Source: Leucoraja ocellata (lineage: Eukaryota). Taken from it: a DNA stretch of 64,000 bases. Under the pieces are notes generated by a model. That model made no database searches, was not told the origin of the DNA, and saw only the letters and a program-made list of their open reading frames with translations. The translations under genes were made by a program, and so were the position numbers. Position 1 is the first letter of the stretch. Each line of letters starts with the position of its first letter. Positions 1-12,492 of this stretch are shown piece by piece. Location of the stretch: positions 1,364,001 through 1,428,000 of the forward strand of contig JAWMAR010000421.1 in assembly GCA_036785375.1 (NCBI GenBank), given 5' to 3'.

Positions 1-61
1 CAATTAATTCATATTAATGTATTATCATGGAAAATGCCTTATTTAGATAATGAAGACCTAC

Positions 62-188
62 CTTTAAGAATCTCATTAACATAATTATTCATGTACTGTA
101 TTCGCCACTTATCACACAACTCAGTACACTGCCATTTCTCCGACACTCCATTTTCTGTCACATAGATCCTAGGGTTACCATATCGACT
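62..188 (-). CDS. LCTL: LCTL coding exon 10 (nucleophile TENG motif); gene continues beyond the left edge
   Basis: SRYGNPRIYVTENGVSEKWQCTELCDKWRIQYMNNYVNEILK. Acceptor tgtttcag, donor G|gtaggt. Translated manually. Confidence 0.95.
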
Positions 189-3029
189 CTGAAACAAATC
201 AGAAAACAAAAGTGTTGCAAATCAAAAATTTCATTCCCAAATTTCAAATTTATTGTTAGCCAAACTCATCCAGACTGACTTTTTATTTTATTTTAAAGCC
301 AGGCTTGACAGAAAGCCGAACATGTCTTGCATTGTTGACCAATTGTAAATAAGCCAATTCTGCTGGAGTGAACTATTACATTGTGTATTGTTTTAAATGC
401 GTGTGGTGATTTTTTTTTTGTACAAAGAGCTAGAGATTTCTGAACAAATGAAGTTGCTGTGTGCAAATTCCCACAACTATGTATGGTATTTATGACTGGA
501 AAGCAATTTGTTTGTTCAGCACCTTTGGATCGTAATTAGTGAGGAATCACAAAAAGTCGTTTTTCCAAATAATATGCAATTTATGAGACCAACCTTTTTT
601 TTTTTTTTTCCAGATGCACTTATCGCAGGAGCTTACACATGCCCTTCACCTCAAATCTATGATAACACAATTAAATGTCTGAAATGTCTCCCTGGAATTT
701 TCTGTTATTTTTGCTGTTTATGTATTTCATGTTGTTCTGCTTCTTTTATTAAAAACATATTTTCTAAACTTCTATGTGATTTAAAAATGATGCTGGGTAT
801 GGTGTTCATTTTCCAAAGCTTCAGTTAGAAGCCTGCTTCTGAGTCTGTGTTATAATCCCGGTACAAGCGTGAATAGATTGTCCACGGTTGTCACAGTGGC
901 AGATGGATGAAGCTTCTTCAGCACCACGTCCCAATCTTGTGATCTTGACAACCCAAAAGATCTTGGAACAAAAGTGGCAATGCTGGAAGAATTCAGCCAG
1001 TTAAGAAGCATCTGTGAAGTGAGAAACCAGTTAATGTTTTGGTTATGAAGGGTCTTCAACCTGAAGTATTAACTGGTTACTCTTTCCATAGATGCAGCTT
1101 GATTGGTTGAGCTCAACACCATTTCTGTTTTAAAATCGAACACTTCCGTCTGGTGGATGGAACCTAACTTTCCCTCCATCTTGGACCTGTTGCTATTCTT
1201 TTATTATCTTTGAGAATGTTAAAATGAAGGAACTGCCGCCTACCTAAAGTACTGAGGGAATACCTCCAACACTAGGACTAGAGTGGCACAGGGATAGCTG
1301 ACCACCATCTTCCTGGGCAACGGGATGAGGTAAATTCTGGGTGAGGTGGTGAAATTTATTTTCAAATAGATTTTCAAAACTAATGGTGCATTTGTTCTCG
1401 TACTTCCATAATGCAGCATGAACCCAACTGTTATAATAAGGGAATAAAATAATTCAGGAATTGTGCTTTTTTGTTTGCCATTCATATATACAGCTCACTA
1501 ATTCCTTATCCACCTCTTCCTATTCCACCTCTTTTCTCTAACCTTGCAAATTATTCCTTACCATAAATATGCAGTACCGAAGACGATATGGACCTGCCTT
1601 GACCACATCTACAGATAATGCATTACAGATTCCAACCATGCTATGTACAAAAACAAATCTTCTTGTGCCTTCTATCTTATTTTATGCCCTTAACCTCTAT
1701 TTCCCGGGGCCCTTCAACAGTGATACATCCTCCCACTATCAACTCCTGACCCTTCATCATTTTATATACAGGTACTTTAATCTTTTCAGCTGGAAAGGGA
1801 CAGTTGCAATTTCTCCAATCTTTCCTTGAATTCATAGAGCCTCACTCCTTGAAATATTCCCATCAATCTTTTCATGGTTCTTTTTAATGTCTTCACACCT
1901 TTCCTCCCAGGATAGGAATCTGAGATAGAGCTTGTTATATTCTTTCATTGTTAGATTTGTTTTATCTTTGTGCCCGGTGAAGGGAAGTATTTACTGGTGT
2001 TGCACTTTGCAGGAAGTTTCCATCCTATCTGAGCTCCTAACATTTAATGAGCCTTTCTCTGAAGGTGGTCTAATGCACCATGGATCGACATCGCAACCTG
2101 GAGGTTGCGAAGCGTAGTTAGCAAACTGGTGCCAAGGAACAGATCAGAGTTAATAACGTCTTTGGTGAGTGCTCACGCTGGCTTAGCAGGGCAGCAGTAT
2201 TAATTCAGAGTAAAGTTATACAGTGCTGAACATATAATGGCCTACTGAATGTAGGTGTAAGGATATGAGTGTTTATAAAGAAAGGACACATTTATGTAGC
2301 ATATTTAATAACTCAAATACAGCTAATTAAATGTTTTCTGCCATGATGCAGAAAACAGTCCATTTGTGTGTTCTATGATCCCACTACCAGCAATCTGAGG
2401 AGGAGTTAAATTGGTTGAGAGATAAATATAGACCTGAAAACTGAGAGAACACTATTTTTGAAGTATTGCAATGGGGTTTCTTGTTTCTTCCTGGAGATGG
2501 GCTCTTGTGTCTCAACCAAATACCAGATCTGTTCTGATGTCACACCGCCTCAGAACCACACTGGTCGATTATGTTTTCAGGTTTTTGATGTTACACTTGG
2601 CCCACATAGAACACTACCTAGTGGGTGAAGGTTGAATACTTGTGGCTTGAGGTTAACACTGCAAAACATTTTCGGACTTGTCTTTGGATCAGTCGACTGA
2701 TTGTACATTCAACTCCCACTATAGAGTTTGAAGACCATTCAAGTAGAGTAGTGAGATGAGACATTAAACCAAGATGCCATCTGATTCTCTTGGGCAGAAG
2801 GTGTTCTCTCCGAGTCCTGGCCAAATGTTAACCCCCAGTAAACGAGTAGATGGTGTAGTTATCATCAGATTGCTTTCTGTGCACAAACTGATGGCGGGTT
2901 TGAGAAAGGAGGACTTTGGCCTATAGTATGTTTACAAGTCATGGGATCATTAAATAAATAAACGTAAATCATTTGTCATTACTTCAAAATGAGAAATTGA
3001 ATTACGCGTCACCGATTTGTAGTAAATAC

Positions 3030-3304
3030 CTTAATAAAATTCAGGATCCTTCTGAAACCCCAGGGTACTGAGTAAAGCCATTCAGATCCTGGGTCTGGCC
3101 ACTGTGGGTCGACGAGTTCCACTAAATCACGATCAGTGTGATAATTTGGTCCCTTGCTGTAATGGTAATTCTTGTGAGTGATGTAACGGGTCGTGAAGTG
3201 ACCCAGTCCAAAAAAGTCTGCCGTGCCTTTGATGAAGTGTTTCTCCTGTGGAGTGAAGGCAGGCAGTCTTGAGTTGCCCAGGCCTTGCTGTGAACTTTTT
3301 CTCC
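3030..3304 (-). CDS. LCTL: LCTL coding exon 9
   Basis: GRKSSQQGLGNSRLPAFTPQEKHFIKGTADFFGLGHFTTRYI...WLYSVPWGFRRILNFIK; LGHFTTRYI is characteristic of LCTL. Acceptor tcaacag, donor AAG|gtattt. Confidence 0.97.
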
Positions 3305-4218
3305 CTGTTGATTGAGTAAACACCATGGTTATTTAGAATTAGTTCAAAGATTAGATATTCTGAACACTACCATTGGCTCCAATGCTAAATTTGCCCAAGT
3401 CTTGAACTGGCCCCATTTTGTCCTGGATTGTATCTGTCATGACATTGAATTGCGTTGTCTTCATAAAAATAGTTTTACATTGCTCGGATTCAATAAAAAT
3501 CTTTCACATTTTATTAAATGGAAAGAGTAGGAATGAATGCAATATAGGTTGCTGGAAATAATTCTGACCAGCAGAGTAGATAGTGGACAAGAAGAAAAAC
3601 TGTTCTGTTGGCACCCTGTTGAATATATAACATGAAAATAATTTATACATGCATTTCTGATGCCATATAGGACAATGTATCTTTCCCAGGCAATGCGTCT
3701 GTGAATCCCTTCTATTTACCACTTTTGGATTTTTTCGCTTCCTGTTTAAGATTCTTTAACTGATGCTGTCCCAGGTGCTGTGACATCATGAGTTGCCATC
3801 CACTGTTCATGCATGTCGTTATGATATAATGAATCTCTGCCTTTGCCTGCCTAATATAAATCCAGGCTTAAATTGGATGGCATTTACATCCATACTGCAG
3901 TACTTCTGGGGTCACATTTTCCCACCTGGCCTACTGAAAGCAGCAGTGAACAAGGGAAATTAAAGAACTGCAAAATTGGTTCCATTTTAAATTATATTAA
4001 GAAAGCAAAATACATTCTGTAACATTTGCCTGGTTGCATTTTAGACCGCTAAATAATCCATTGGAAAATCAGGATTATATGTGTCTAAACAGATTCATTT
4101 GCTCTCTGTTTTTAGTTTTTGTTGTGTCAGGTTAAGTTGCTATATAGGCTTTGTGTGTGTATGCATCTGTGTGTGGAGTGTGCACTCACTTTATTCCATC
4201 CTATTATTTTATACTTAC

Positions 4219-4380
4219 CAATACAGTCTTTCATAACTTGAGGGTAGTCGCCATTGAAAATAGGGTTGGCAAACCAGCCAAGATTAAATTGGATGTATCG
4301 CTCAGCAGCCTCAATATCCTTCTGGCTTGTAATGTCAACTGGATCTCCCCACTCACTTGTGATGGAAATACCCACCATGC
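4219..4380 (-). CDS. LCTL: LCTL coding exon 8
   Basis: GMVGISITSEWGDPVDITSQKDIEAAERYIQFNLGWFANPIFNGDYPQVMKDCI(G). Donor G|gtaagt; AT-rich acceptor attaaag. Confidence 0.95.
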
Positions 4381-5488
4381 CTTTAATATTAAAATAATGT
4401 TTAATAGGTACCACATGAATAGTCTTTTAAATTAGAATATATATGTTTCAGTTGTGATTTTTGTAAATCAAAATGGTTCCTGAGTTGAAGATCATCCACT
4501 ATATTTGTTCTCTTTCTCCACTGGTCAAGATCTCTTGGCTTTGATATTTGCTATGTTTTGGACTAAACCATGTACTATGTAGTCTCCTGGTCTGTCAACT
4601 TCTTGATTCACAGTATGCTCTTCAAGAATATGACACAGGTCACCGTTGAGGAAAAGATAGTAGATGTCTGAATTGATTTTGGTAAGCCATTTGATAAAGT
4701 CCCTCGTGTTAGGCCTCCAGATGTTTTAGGCTCAGTGATCCTGGCATTCATTCAGCATTGTTGCCATCCTTCAACCACAAGAGCCCTATGTTCTTAAGGA
4801 CCTTCCCTGACTCTCTTTGTCTTTTATCTCATCTTTTGGACACTGCTTAAAACTGACTGAATTTAGCTATTTTGAATATGAAACAATATAATGTGGTAAT
4901 GTGCATTAAAAGACATAGCTTAGTTCTATTCACAACTTCTTTCTCCATAATCTAGCAAATAGTTTAATTATCTGTAATTTCTCCATGTGTATGGTATTAT
5001 TCTGCTTTTGCAACATTTCCAGGCAGTGTATAAATAACATGCATAAAATATACTATTATTTCTTAAGTACTTTTGCCAATTACCTTAAATCTGTGCTCTC
5101 TGGTTTCTGTTTCTTGTCCATGGGACGGTTGTTTTTTTTATTTAATCTATCAAACCCTTTCATCAATATGAACCTCTTTAAAACCTCTCAACCACCAATT
5201 TAAAGGAGGTTAATCCCAATTTTGCATAACTCCACAGAACTGCTCAGTCATTAATACTCACTGAAATATAACAAACTGTGCTGAATTTAGGCCTTTCTAA
5301 TGACTAATGAGATTATTTGAATGGAGCTTGTCTCATAAATTCTACTTGAAACAGATGATACATCACCCTATCACATCTATATAGCAGAAAGTATGCAGTA
5401 TACTTTACGCTAGAAGTTCCAGTTCACTCCTGTGCTACTTATTTGTTATATGTTTGAGACTGGTTCCTTATTTTTGAGAGCTCGATAC

Positions 5489-5543
5489 CTTTTTGGCGAC
5501 TGCGCCAGAGTCTATCGTACGTGTGCCAAGTTGTCGCGTGGGC
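5489..5543 (-). CDS. LCTL: LCTL coding exon 7
   Basis: AHATTWHTYDRLWRSRQK(G); 55 nt, homologous to the GH1 AHAxAWHxY motif. Acceptor ctctttcacag, donor G|gtatcg. Phases fit both neighbouring exons. Confidence 0.92.
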
Positions 5544-6087
5544 CTGTGAAAGAGAAGTCAACACCAAGAGTGTTACTGAAATCATGGCTTCTTCACATTT
5601 TCCTCCCCCACCTTATTTAAAATTTCCAGCTGTCTCGCCCACCAAAAGGACCAGAAAAAGAACCTTCCTCCAAAACCGGACATCAGAATGTGGTGAGTAA
5701 GGCTTCTCCCATTGGTGACCCTCGACCTTGGTCATGGATTGAAGCCACATTGTGGGAACCCGCTTGACTGATGCCTTGGTGCAATACTGAGGCAGTGCTC
5801 CACTGCCAGACGTCCCGTCCTGTACGGTATATGGCAGATACTATGAGGCTGAGCATGCATGTGCTGCTCATGTCCTGGTATCAACCACTGGCAAAACTGA
5901 TTAATTCCTCATGTCTAATGCATTTTGTTTTATGCAAATTGATTGGAGAATGCTACATGAGGACCTTGTCAGATCAGGAAAGATGCTGTCTGCAAGCAAG
6001 TAGAGCAAAACTGATGATCCACTATCTGTTTTCTCAGAAATCCTCATAGATTGGAATCCAGCTCACTTGGTTCTGTTGACTGTGCTC

Positions 6088-6275
6088 CTATTTAACTCAC
6101 TGGCCCCAATCCTTCATTCCCACTGAACTCACCAGGGCCCCATTGTCCCATTCCCTTTAATCTCATGAAGACGCTGTTCCCATACTGCCTTTAATCTCAT
6201 GAGGACCCCATTCTTATACTTCTTTTAAACTCACCAGAGCTGCATTCCCACATCCCTCTAAACACCCGACTCACT
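6088..6275. repeat. Degenerate minisatellite of about 35 bp
   Basis: About five units of tttaa(a/t)ctca...cccc.ttccca. Confidence 0.6.
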
Positions 6276-6435
6276 GGAAAGTTTATCATAAAGTGAATTA
6301 AAAGTTAGTTGGTATTTCAAAAGGAATAATAACATCTGCCAGTCTGGCACCACCAAAGTACCAAGTGTGCTAGATTATCAGCATTTAGTGTTCTTTTATT
6401 TCATTGTTAAACAATTTTTTGATATAGAAACTTAC

Positions 6436-6531
6436 CCTAATAATGTTATGTGCTGCCCTGTAACCTCCTATTCCATTAAGCTTTAACCCTGGGGCATGCA
6501 GTCCAACCTCGTATCCTTCGACAGCTATGGA
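6436..6531 (-). CDS. LCTL: LCTL coding exon 6
   Basis: SIAVEGYEVGLHAPGLKLNGIGGYRAAHNIIR; 96 nt. Acceptor ttgcag, donor AGG|gtaagt. Confidence 0.95.
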
Positions 6532-6825
6532 CTGCAATATATAATACGTAAGCATCAATGATGGTAGTCTAAACATATCCCACTTATTCCACTGTGATCT
6601 AAAGCTCCTGAATTGTACTTAAATTTCCCACGATGGAGCTGCAACCATGTAGGCCAGCACCAGGTCTTTTCCCAAACAGGATCTATCCATCTTCCTTGCT
6701 TGCAGTCATTCGAAATGAGTGGCAAAGAAATAAGCATTTGTACCAGTTATTAGCCTGGCGAGGGATATTTGTCGGGTTTAAAAGAAAAGTGTTGACAGCA
6801 GGATATCTGCAAAAAAATGATTGTG

Positions 6826-7249
6826 TCTGAGCTATAGGGAGAGGTTGAGTAGGCTGGGATTCTATTCCTTGGGGAGCAGGAAGTTGAGGAGTGATCTTAT
6901 AGAGGTATATAATCATGAGAGGAATAGATTGGGTAGATGCACAGTCTCTTACCCAGAATAGGCGAATCAAGGACCGGAAGACATAGGTTTAAGGTGAAGG
7001 GGAAGAGATTTAATCGGAAGCCGAGGGGCAACTTTCACATAAAAGGTGGTGGGTATATGGAACAAGCTGCCAGAGGAGGGAGTTGAGGCAGGGACTATCC
7101 CAACGTTTAAGAAGCAGTTAGGTACATGGATGGGACAGATTTGGAGCGATATGGACCAAACATGGGCAGGTGGGACTAGTGTAACTGGGACAGGTTGGGC
7201 AAGTTGGGCCGAAGGGCTTGTTTCCACGTTGTATCACTCTATGACTCTG
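6826..7249 (+). mobile_element. CR1-clade LINE 3' end (second subfamily)
   Basis: Decayed SYRERLSRLG...VVGIWNKLPEE.VEAGTIPTFKKQL; tail gggccgaagggc...actctatgactct. Confidence 0.88.
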
Positions 7250-8370
7250 TTTGGTTATAGAATTCTCATGTGAGATTGAGAGGGAGATCAATAATGGTGG
7301 AGCTTGATTGGTGGGACGAATGGGTTAAACAAGAAATTGCCCAGGATAATCCTTCATATATTTGCCATCCAACACATGGGATCAACTGGTAATTAACCAA
7401 TTACAGGCCACTGCCTGCGACGAGGACATTGCAATACAGATCATAAACAGTTTGTTGAATTGATGAGAATTTTGCTTAATTCAAATCTCATTTTAGATCC
7501 TATGGTTCAATTTTTATATTTTTAATTTTAATCTTACTTATGCTTTCAATTAATAAATGAAACAGAATGGAAACACGGTGGAGAATAGTGTAAGATGGGC
7601 TTCAGCTGAATAATATAGAAAAGTAAAGTTGGAGAAAAATGGTCTCAAGTCATCATAATTAATATTTATTTTGAAACCATTTTCAATAATTTTAGTTGTT
7701 ACTTTCAAATAGAATTCTGAACACATGGCAGCGCTCAGCATTTTGAATATGAAAGGTAGTTGCCATGTTTCCAAAATAAAGTATGTCACTGCACCTCAGC
7801 TGGGTGAAAAGGTACGATGTAAAAGCAAGTCTTCTCACTGTTCCTTCTGCGAACAGTGTGGCCATTTTTGCAATGGGCTATCATGCTACCAAAGCATAGA
7901 GAACCAAATCGTTAACATTAGATTGAAACTGGATACAATAAGAATGGAGAAAAATGTTTAATCATACAAGTGTGAGCTTTTTTTAAATGGGGAGAGTTCA
8001 GAGCCAATGTGCTTATAAACAAACAACTGAGAGCATATATACAATTGTGCAATGTGGAAGACTTACATTGTTACAAATAAAATAACTCTAATCGTGTACA
8101 TAGAACAGTACAGTTTGGCCCACAGTGTCAATGTTGTACATGATGATAAATTATACTAATCTGTTCTGCCTGTATATGTGATCCATATCCTTCCATTTGT
8201 GCATAGCCACATACTTATAGAAACGGCTTTACTTGCACAGCTTTTTAAGGAATGCTGGAGTCGAAATGTATCAGTGCTGAATAATTGGTGACTGATACCT
8301 CTCATCTCCAGCGTTGCGTTCCACAAGTTAATGTTCAATTAATCAAACTCCATTATGACATAAAACGTAC

Positions 8371-8499
8371 CCAAGGATTGTTGAAAGTAATCCAATGTTT
8401 CACTCGGTCACCAAACTTCTCAAAACACAGATTGGCATAATCATTGAAGAAGTTAATCATACTACTGTTCTGCCAGCCACCATATTTATTTTGGAGGAC
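8371..8499 (-). CDS. LCTL: LCTL coding exon 5 (acid/base motif position)
   Basis: [43 protein letters not shown]; 129 nt, phase 0/0. Acceptor ttttag, donor TGG|gtacgt. Translated manually. Confidence 0.96.
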
Positions 8500-8699
8500 C
8501 TAAAAATAATAGAGATAAATACGAAATGAGAATCAAATGTCATTTAATGCATTATAACTTCTCTTTCTAACACGCTGTAGTGCATACCAATTTCTAGTGG
8601 GCTAACATGACCTTAGATGAACAAAAAAAACAAGCCGGTCATCAGACGTAAACAGATCAATTGGCGAAGGTATCTGCATGAAGAGCATGGCTAACTGTA

Positions 8700-9280
8700 C
8701 AGTAAATCTTCGTTTTAACGGACCCTTAAAACGGATTTTGGTTATAGCGGCGGACCCATCGACGGTTTCTAACATCACCACCGGCTTCACCGCCTCCAAG
8801 GCTGGGCTGCTTTCAGGTGCACTGCCGACGCCACCACCAGCCACTTCCAGGTCGGCCCACACAGTTTCCCTTGCCACTTCCAAGCTGGGCTGCCGACACC
8901 ATCTTCCTGGCTGCTTTTAGGCTGAGATGCCGACACCACCCCTGGCCCACACCGCCCTGCCCGGCAGCTTCCAGGCCAGACCTACTGCTGCCTCTGCCGG
9001 CCCACACAGCTCTCTAGGCCTCTTTCAGGTCGTGCCTGCCGCCGCCGACCCTTACCTGCACTCCAGCCGCCTGCAGGCCGGTACCAACGACTCCACCAAT
9101 CTTCGCCTCTCCTTGGGCCAGCAGGCCCAGGCCATCAACTCACCTGGAACTGAGAGTCTGAAAAAGGGTCTCGACCCAAAACGTCACCTATCCATGTTCT
9201 CCAGAGATGCTGTCTGACCTGCTGAGTTACTCCAGCACTTGCAGTTGTTTGTTTCTGTCCAATATAATGATGGTTTATGG
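8700..9280. mobile_element. Probable Tigger/pogo-like MITE with GC-rich interior
   Basis: Left end TA|CAGTAAATCTTCGTTTTAACGGAC and degenerate right end GTCCAATATAATGATGGTTTATGG|TA (16 of 24 positions match). Confidence 0.5.
9156..9241 (+). mobile_element. pLTR-type short repeat with a degenerate hammerhead core
   Basis: GTCTGAAAAAGGGTCTCGACCCAAAACGTCACC...CTGAGTTACTCCAGCAC. Further decayed copies at about 980-1130, 25430-25700, 26470-26595, 29765-29835, 34740-34835, 47855-47910, 55715-55845, 58580-58675 and 63945-64000. Confidence 0.8.
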
Positions 9281-10982
9281 TACTTACATTAACAGGGCCA
9301 GGTGGCTGTACAGTAAAGGGAATCCACAGGAATTGGAAAAAATATTTTAATAACCCAGTATGCCCTAAGAGAACCATAAATGTGCAGGCTGTGAAAAGAG
9401 ATGGGGAGAGACGCCTTTGTTAAGATTAACACAGCTCTTTTCTGAACTCCTTTCCCAAGACAATGAAATTCTTGACAGTAATAAAAAGGACTCCAAGAAG
9501 GCTGGTTTCATTGCCAACTTCTTTGTAAATATGAAATAGTCAAAGGTATTGAGTCAAAATAAATATTGTTAGAGCATTTCCGAACAGAGTGATTAAAATC
9601 TCAATTCCTCTGTGTCTCGTGGGACCGTTTGTTCAAGTTACATATCAGTTCCAATAAACACCTGACGTAAAGGCAGTGCATTCAAAAGGAGAGAGCAGGT
9701 GGCGGGAATAGATTACATTTTGTATTTTTCAATCTTAAAATTAATTGTGACTATATGTTAAAGCTGAGTGTAGCCACGAGAATGTAATTCAAAATGTGGC
9801 ATTGATGCAGTTTTAAATCAGGCAGCAAAGTTAGTCTGGTCTGAAATTCTGTTTGTTTACACTAAGGAAGAGTGAGATGTGAAATTTAGTGTAATGTTAA
9901 AGGAGAAGTAACAATTAAATCAGTTAATAACGGGCAGGGTTTTACCTTAAAAGACATTGCAGCCAGGGAAGGGTGACCTGATCAGTCATCAAACGTTATA
10001 GATCATTAGATTATCTGCATGTTGACCCCAAATTGATCATGAGGACATGCTCCACTGATAGCACATAAGGATAGGGAGGGAGTTCATTATATCAGCTGTT
10101 ACATTGTTGCCACTGTCAACCTCAGAGATGTTAAATCCTATATCACCACAGAACTAGGAATCCTGATCTATAGTCATTATTAAATCTCTTAATAACACTT
10201 CTGCACAACCGAAGTAATCAAACCCCACTCAGATAGGTGGAGACACTAGTCTGACAGTAATCCAGGAACCTGTGTGTAACACAGCTGTACTAGAGCTAGA
10301 ACGTCTTGTCCCTGGTCGTTCAGTCTGTGGTGGGAAGGGTAGTAGCAGAGTTGTTAAAGTTGGTCACGTACCCAAATCTGAAAAGGTAAAATAAAGCCAG
10401 ACTTTTCACATACAGGGGGAAATGCAGAAATTCAGATTTGCAAATTCAGATATATGGAGAGGCGCATATATGCATTCTGATGTAAATGGACAAATGTATG
10501 CTCACAATCATATTGAATTTTTAAATGATTATTGAGATGGTTGTTTCCCCACTTTCCATTCCCTCCACCCCACCCTTGCAGATGTCCCTGCTGAGAAAGA
10601 TTGTAATCATTTTGGGTTGCAATGACAGAATTCAGTAGATTAAGACAGGATTGTAGCATCACAGTATTCAGAGTGACCCGACCACTTTCTCTAAAAGTAT
10701 GGTCCTTAGGACGAACACAACAGTCCCCTCCTGCACAGGTTAGAATTAACCATGTGGGTGAAGCCTATGCTCTTTTATTTGTATTTATCTGTGGGATGTG
10801 GCTATTGTGTATAATTGTTGCCTTTTTGTGACTGACATTCAGCTGAAGAGTCAGTGCTCATTTATTTGTTTGTTCTCACACTATAGACAAGGTTGGGTTT
10901 ATTGTCTCCTTGAAACTCTGCAGTCCCTTGACTGAAACTGTACCAGTATATCCTAAATCACATTCAAACATTTGGTACAGAC

Positions 10983-11092
10983 CTGTGGAAGATCCCAGTG
11001 GTACAGGGTCACTATGGGCAGAATTTGGCTCTCCTGGAGGGTGTTTATCAGTTCATTATAATAGTCGATTCCTTTGCCATTCACTTGCTCGG
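10983..11092 (-). CDS. LCTL: LCTL coding exon 4
   Basis: [37 protein letters not shown] with the GH1 TLYHWDLPQ motif. Acceptor ttctccag, donor CAG|gtctgt. Confidence 0.95.
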
Positions 11093-11259
11093 CTGGAGAA
11101 TTTTGAAAGATAAGAAATAGATTATCTATAATGTACAAATTATTTGTAAATACAATCTTTGTTATACTCTACTGTAACTTTCCTAGAGTGAGGACCTCCT
11201 CCCACAGTTATATCAAGACTCTTATGTAGTGTGATAATACAGGTACTGCTGGCTACTGA

Positions 11260-11484
11260 GAATCTGTGGAATTCTCTGCCACAGAAAGTAGTTGAGGCCA
11301 GTTCATTGGCTATATTTAAGAGGGAGTTAGATGTGGCCCTTGTGGCTAAAGGGATCAGGGGGTATGGAGAGAAGGCAGGGATGGGATACTGAGTTGGATG
11401 ATCAGCCATGATCATATTGAATGGCGGTGCAGGCTCGAAGGGCCGAATGGCCTACTCCTGCACCTATTTTCTATGTTTCTATGT
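11260..11484 (+). mobile_element. CR1-clade (HER1-like) LINE 3' end, young subfamily
   Basis: Encodes the RT C-terminus NLWNSLPQKVVEASSLAIFKRELDVAL; 3' stem-loop ggccgaatggcc and (TTCTATGT)n tail. Near-identical to 24856-25105 and 33823-33974. Confidence 0.92.
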
Positions 11485-11884
11485 ACGTGGCAGTGCCGGA
11501 GATCAGATTTGGGAGTTGATGTGATGGGGAGGAAAGGTTGGGAGATGTCATTGCACAGCAGGGAATTTTTAATACTGAGCTGGTATCCGAGTATCAGCAA
11601 GTTTGGCAATCATGGAGTTATACAGCTATTAACTGACCTCACCCAGGATGATAGATTTATCCTCATAACTCAAAGCACAGAAACAGGGAGAGAAAACAAC
11701 CTTAGTATAATCCTTAGTTACACTTCAGTACCCATAAATTTGTACAAGGTTGGCCGAGAGTGGAAGGATGTCAGCCAAGGTTAAAGTGGTGGGCATAACA
11801 GGCATTTTTTCCTAATAATACAAAATAATTATAGGAATAGTGGTTTTCAGTTCTGTCCGCCCCATTGCAGGAAGGATGTGTGGT

Positions 11885-12492
11885 GGGCGGGGGAGTCGGG
11901 GGAAACTTTTTCAATCTCTTACCTTGCCGGAGATGCGATGGTTTTCTGGATCGTATCTCCGGTCGCTCTGCGACCTAACATCGTGGAGCTGGAGGCCTTG
12001 CTCGGGACTGACTTTGAGCCCCTTGCCTGGGCTCCATGCTCCAACTGCGGCCTTTAACATCAAGGAGCTTGCAGTCTCGGGTTGAGACCAACATCGGGAA
12101 GCTCCAAAAGCCGCAAGACGTTCGACTAGCCCCAACCCATGGTAGATCACCCGGCGCGGGGGAGCTGAGATTCCCTCCCCCCCACCCCCTCCTCCCAATG
12201 CATGAGCTTGATCGCCCCGACGAGGAGGCCAGCCGCCGGCTACAGGAGAAAGATCATCCCGTCAACGGAAGGCCCCCGACCCGTGGAGGACAAAGAAGTG
12301 AGAGATTGAACTTTTTTATCCTTCCATCAGTGAGGAATGTGGAGGAGTCACTGTGGTGGATGTTCATGTTAAAATGTATTTTGAGTGTTCTGTTGCTTTT
12401 TATTGGTATGACTGTATGTTGCGTGTATGTTGCACTGTAATTCCTCGTATATGGTGCAAAACATTCTTGGCTTATAAAGTATGATTATGATG
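11885..12492 (+). mobile_element. Unclassified CpG-rich non-autonomous retroposon
   Basis: Abrupt GC-rich block with internal aacatcg/ggagct subrepeats, an AT-rich 3' part and a short tandem tail (tatgattatgat). Confidence 0.55.

Noticed and set aside
6088-6275. Spaced repeats superficially like a CRISPR array
   Set aside because: Degenerate tandem minisatellite in a vertebrate intron, with no unique spacers and no cas genes.
8602-9217. Cluster of Pro/Ala-rich ORFs on both strands
   Set aside because: They lie in the GC-rich interior of a probable MITE in an LCTL intron.
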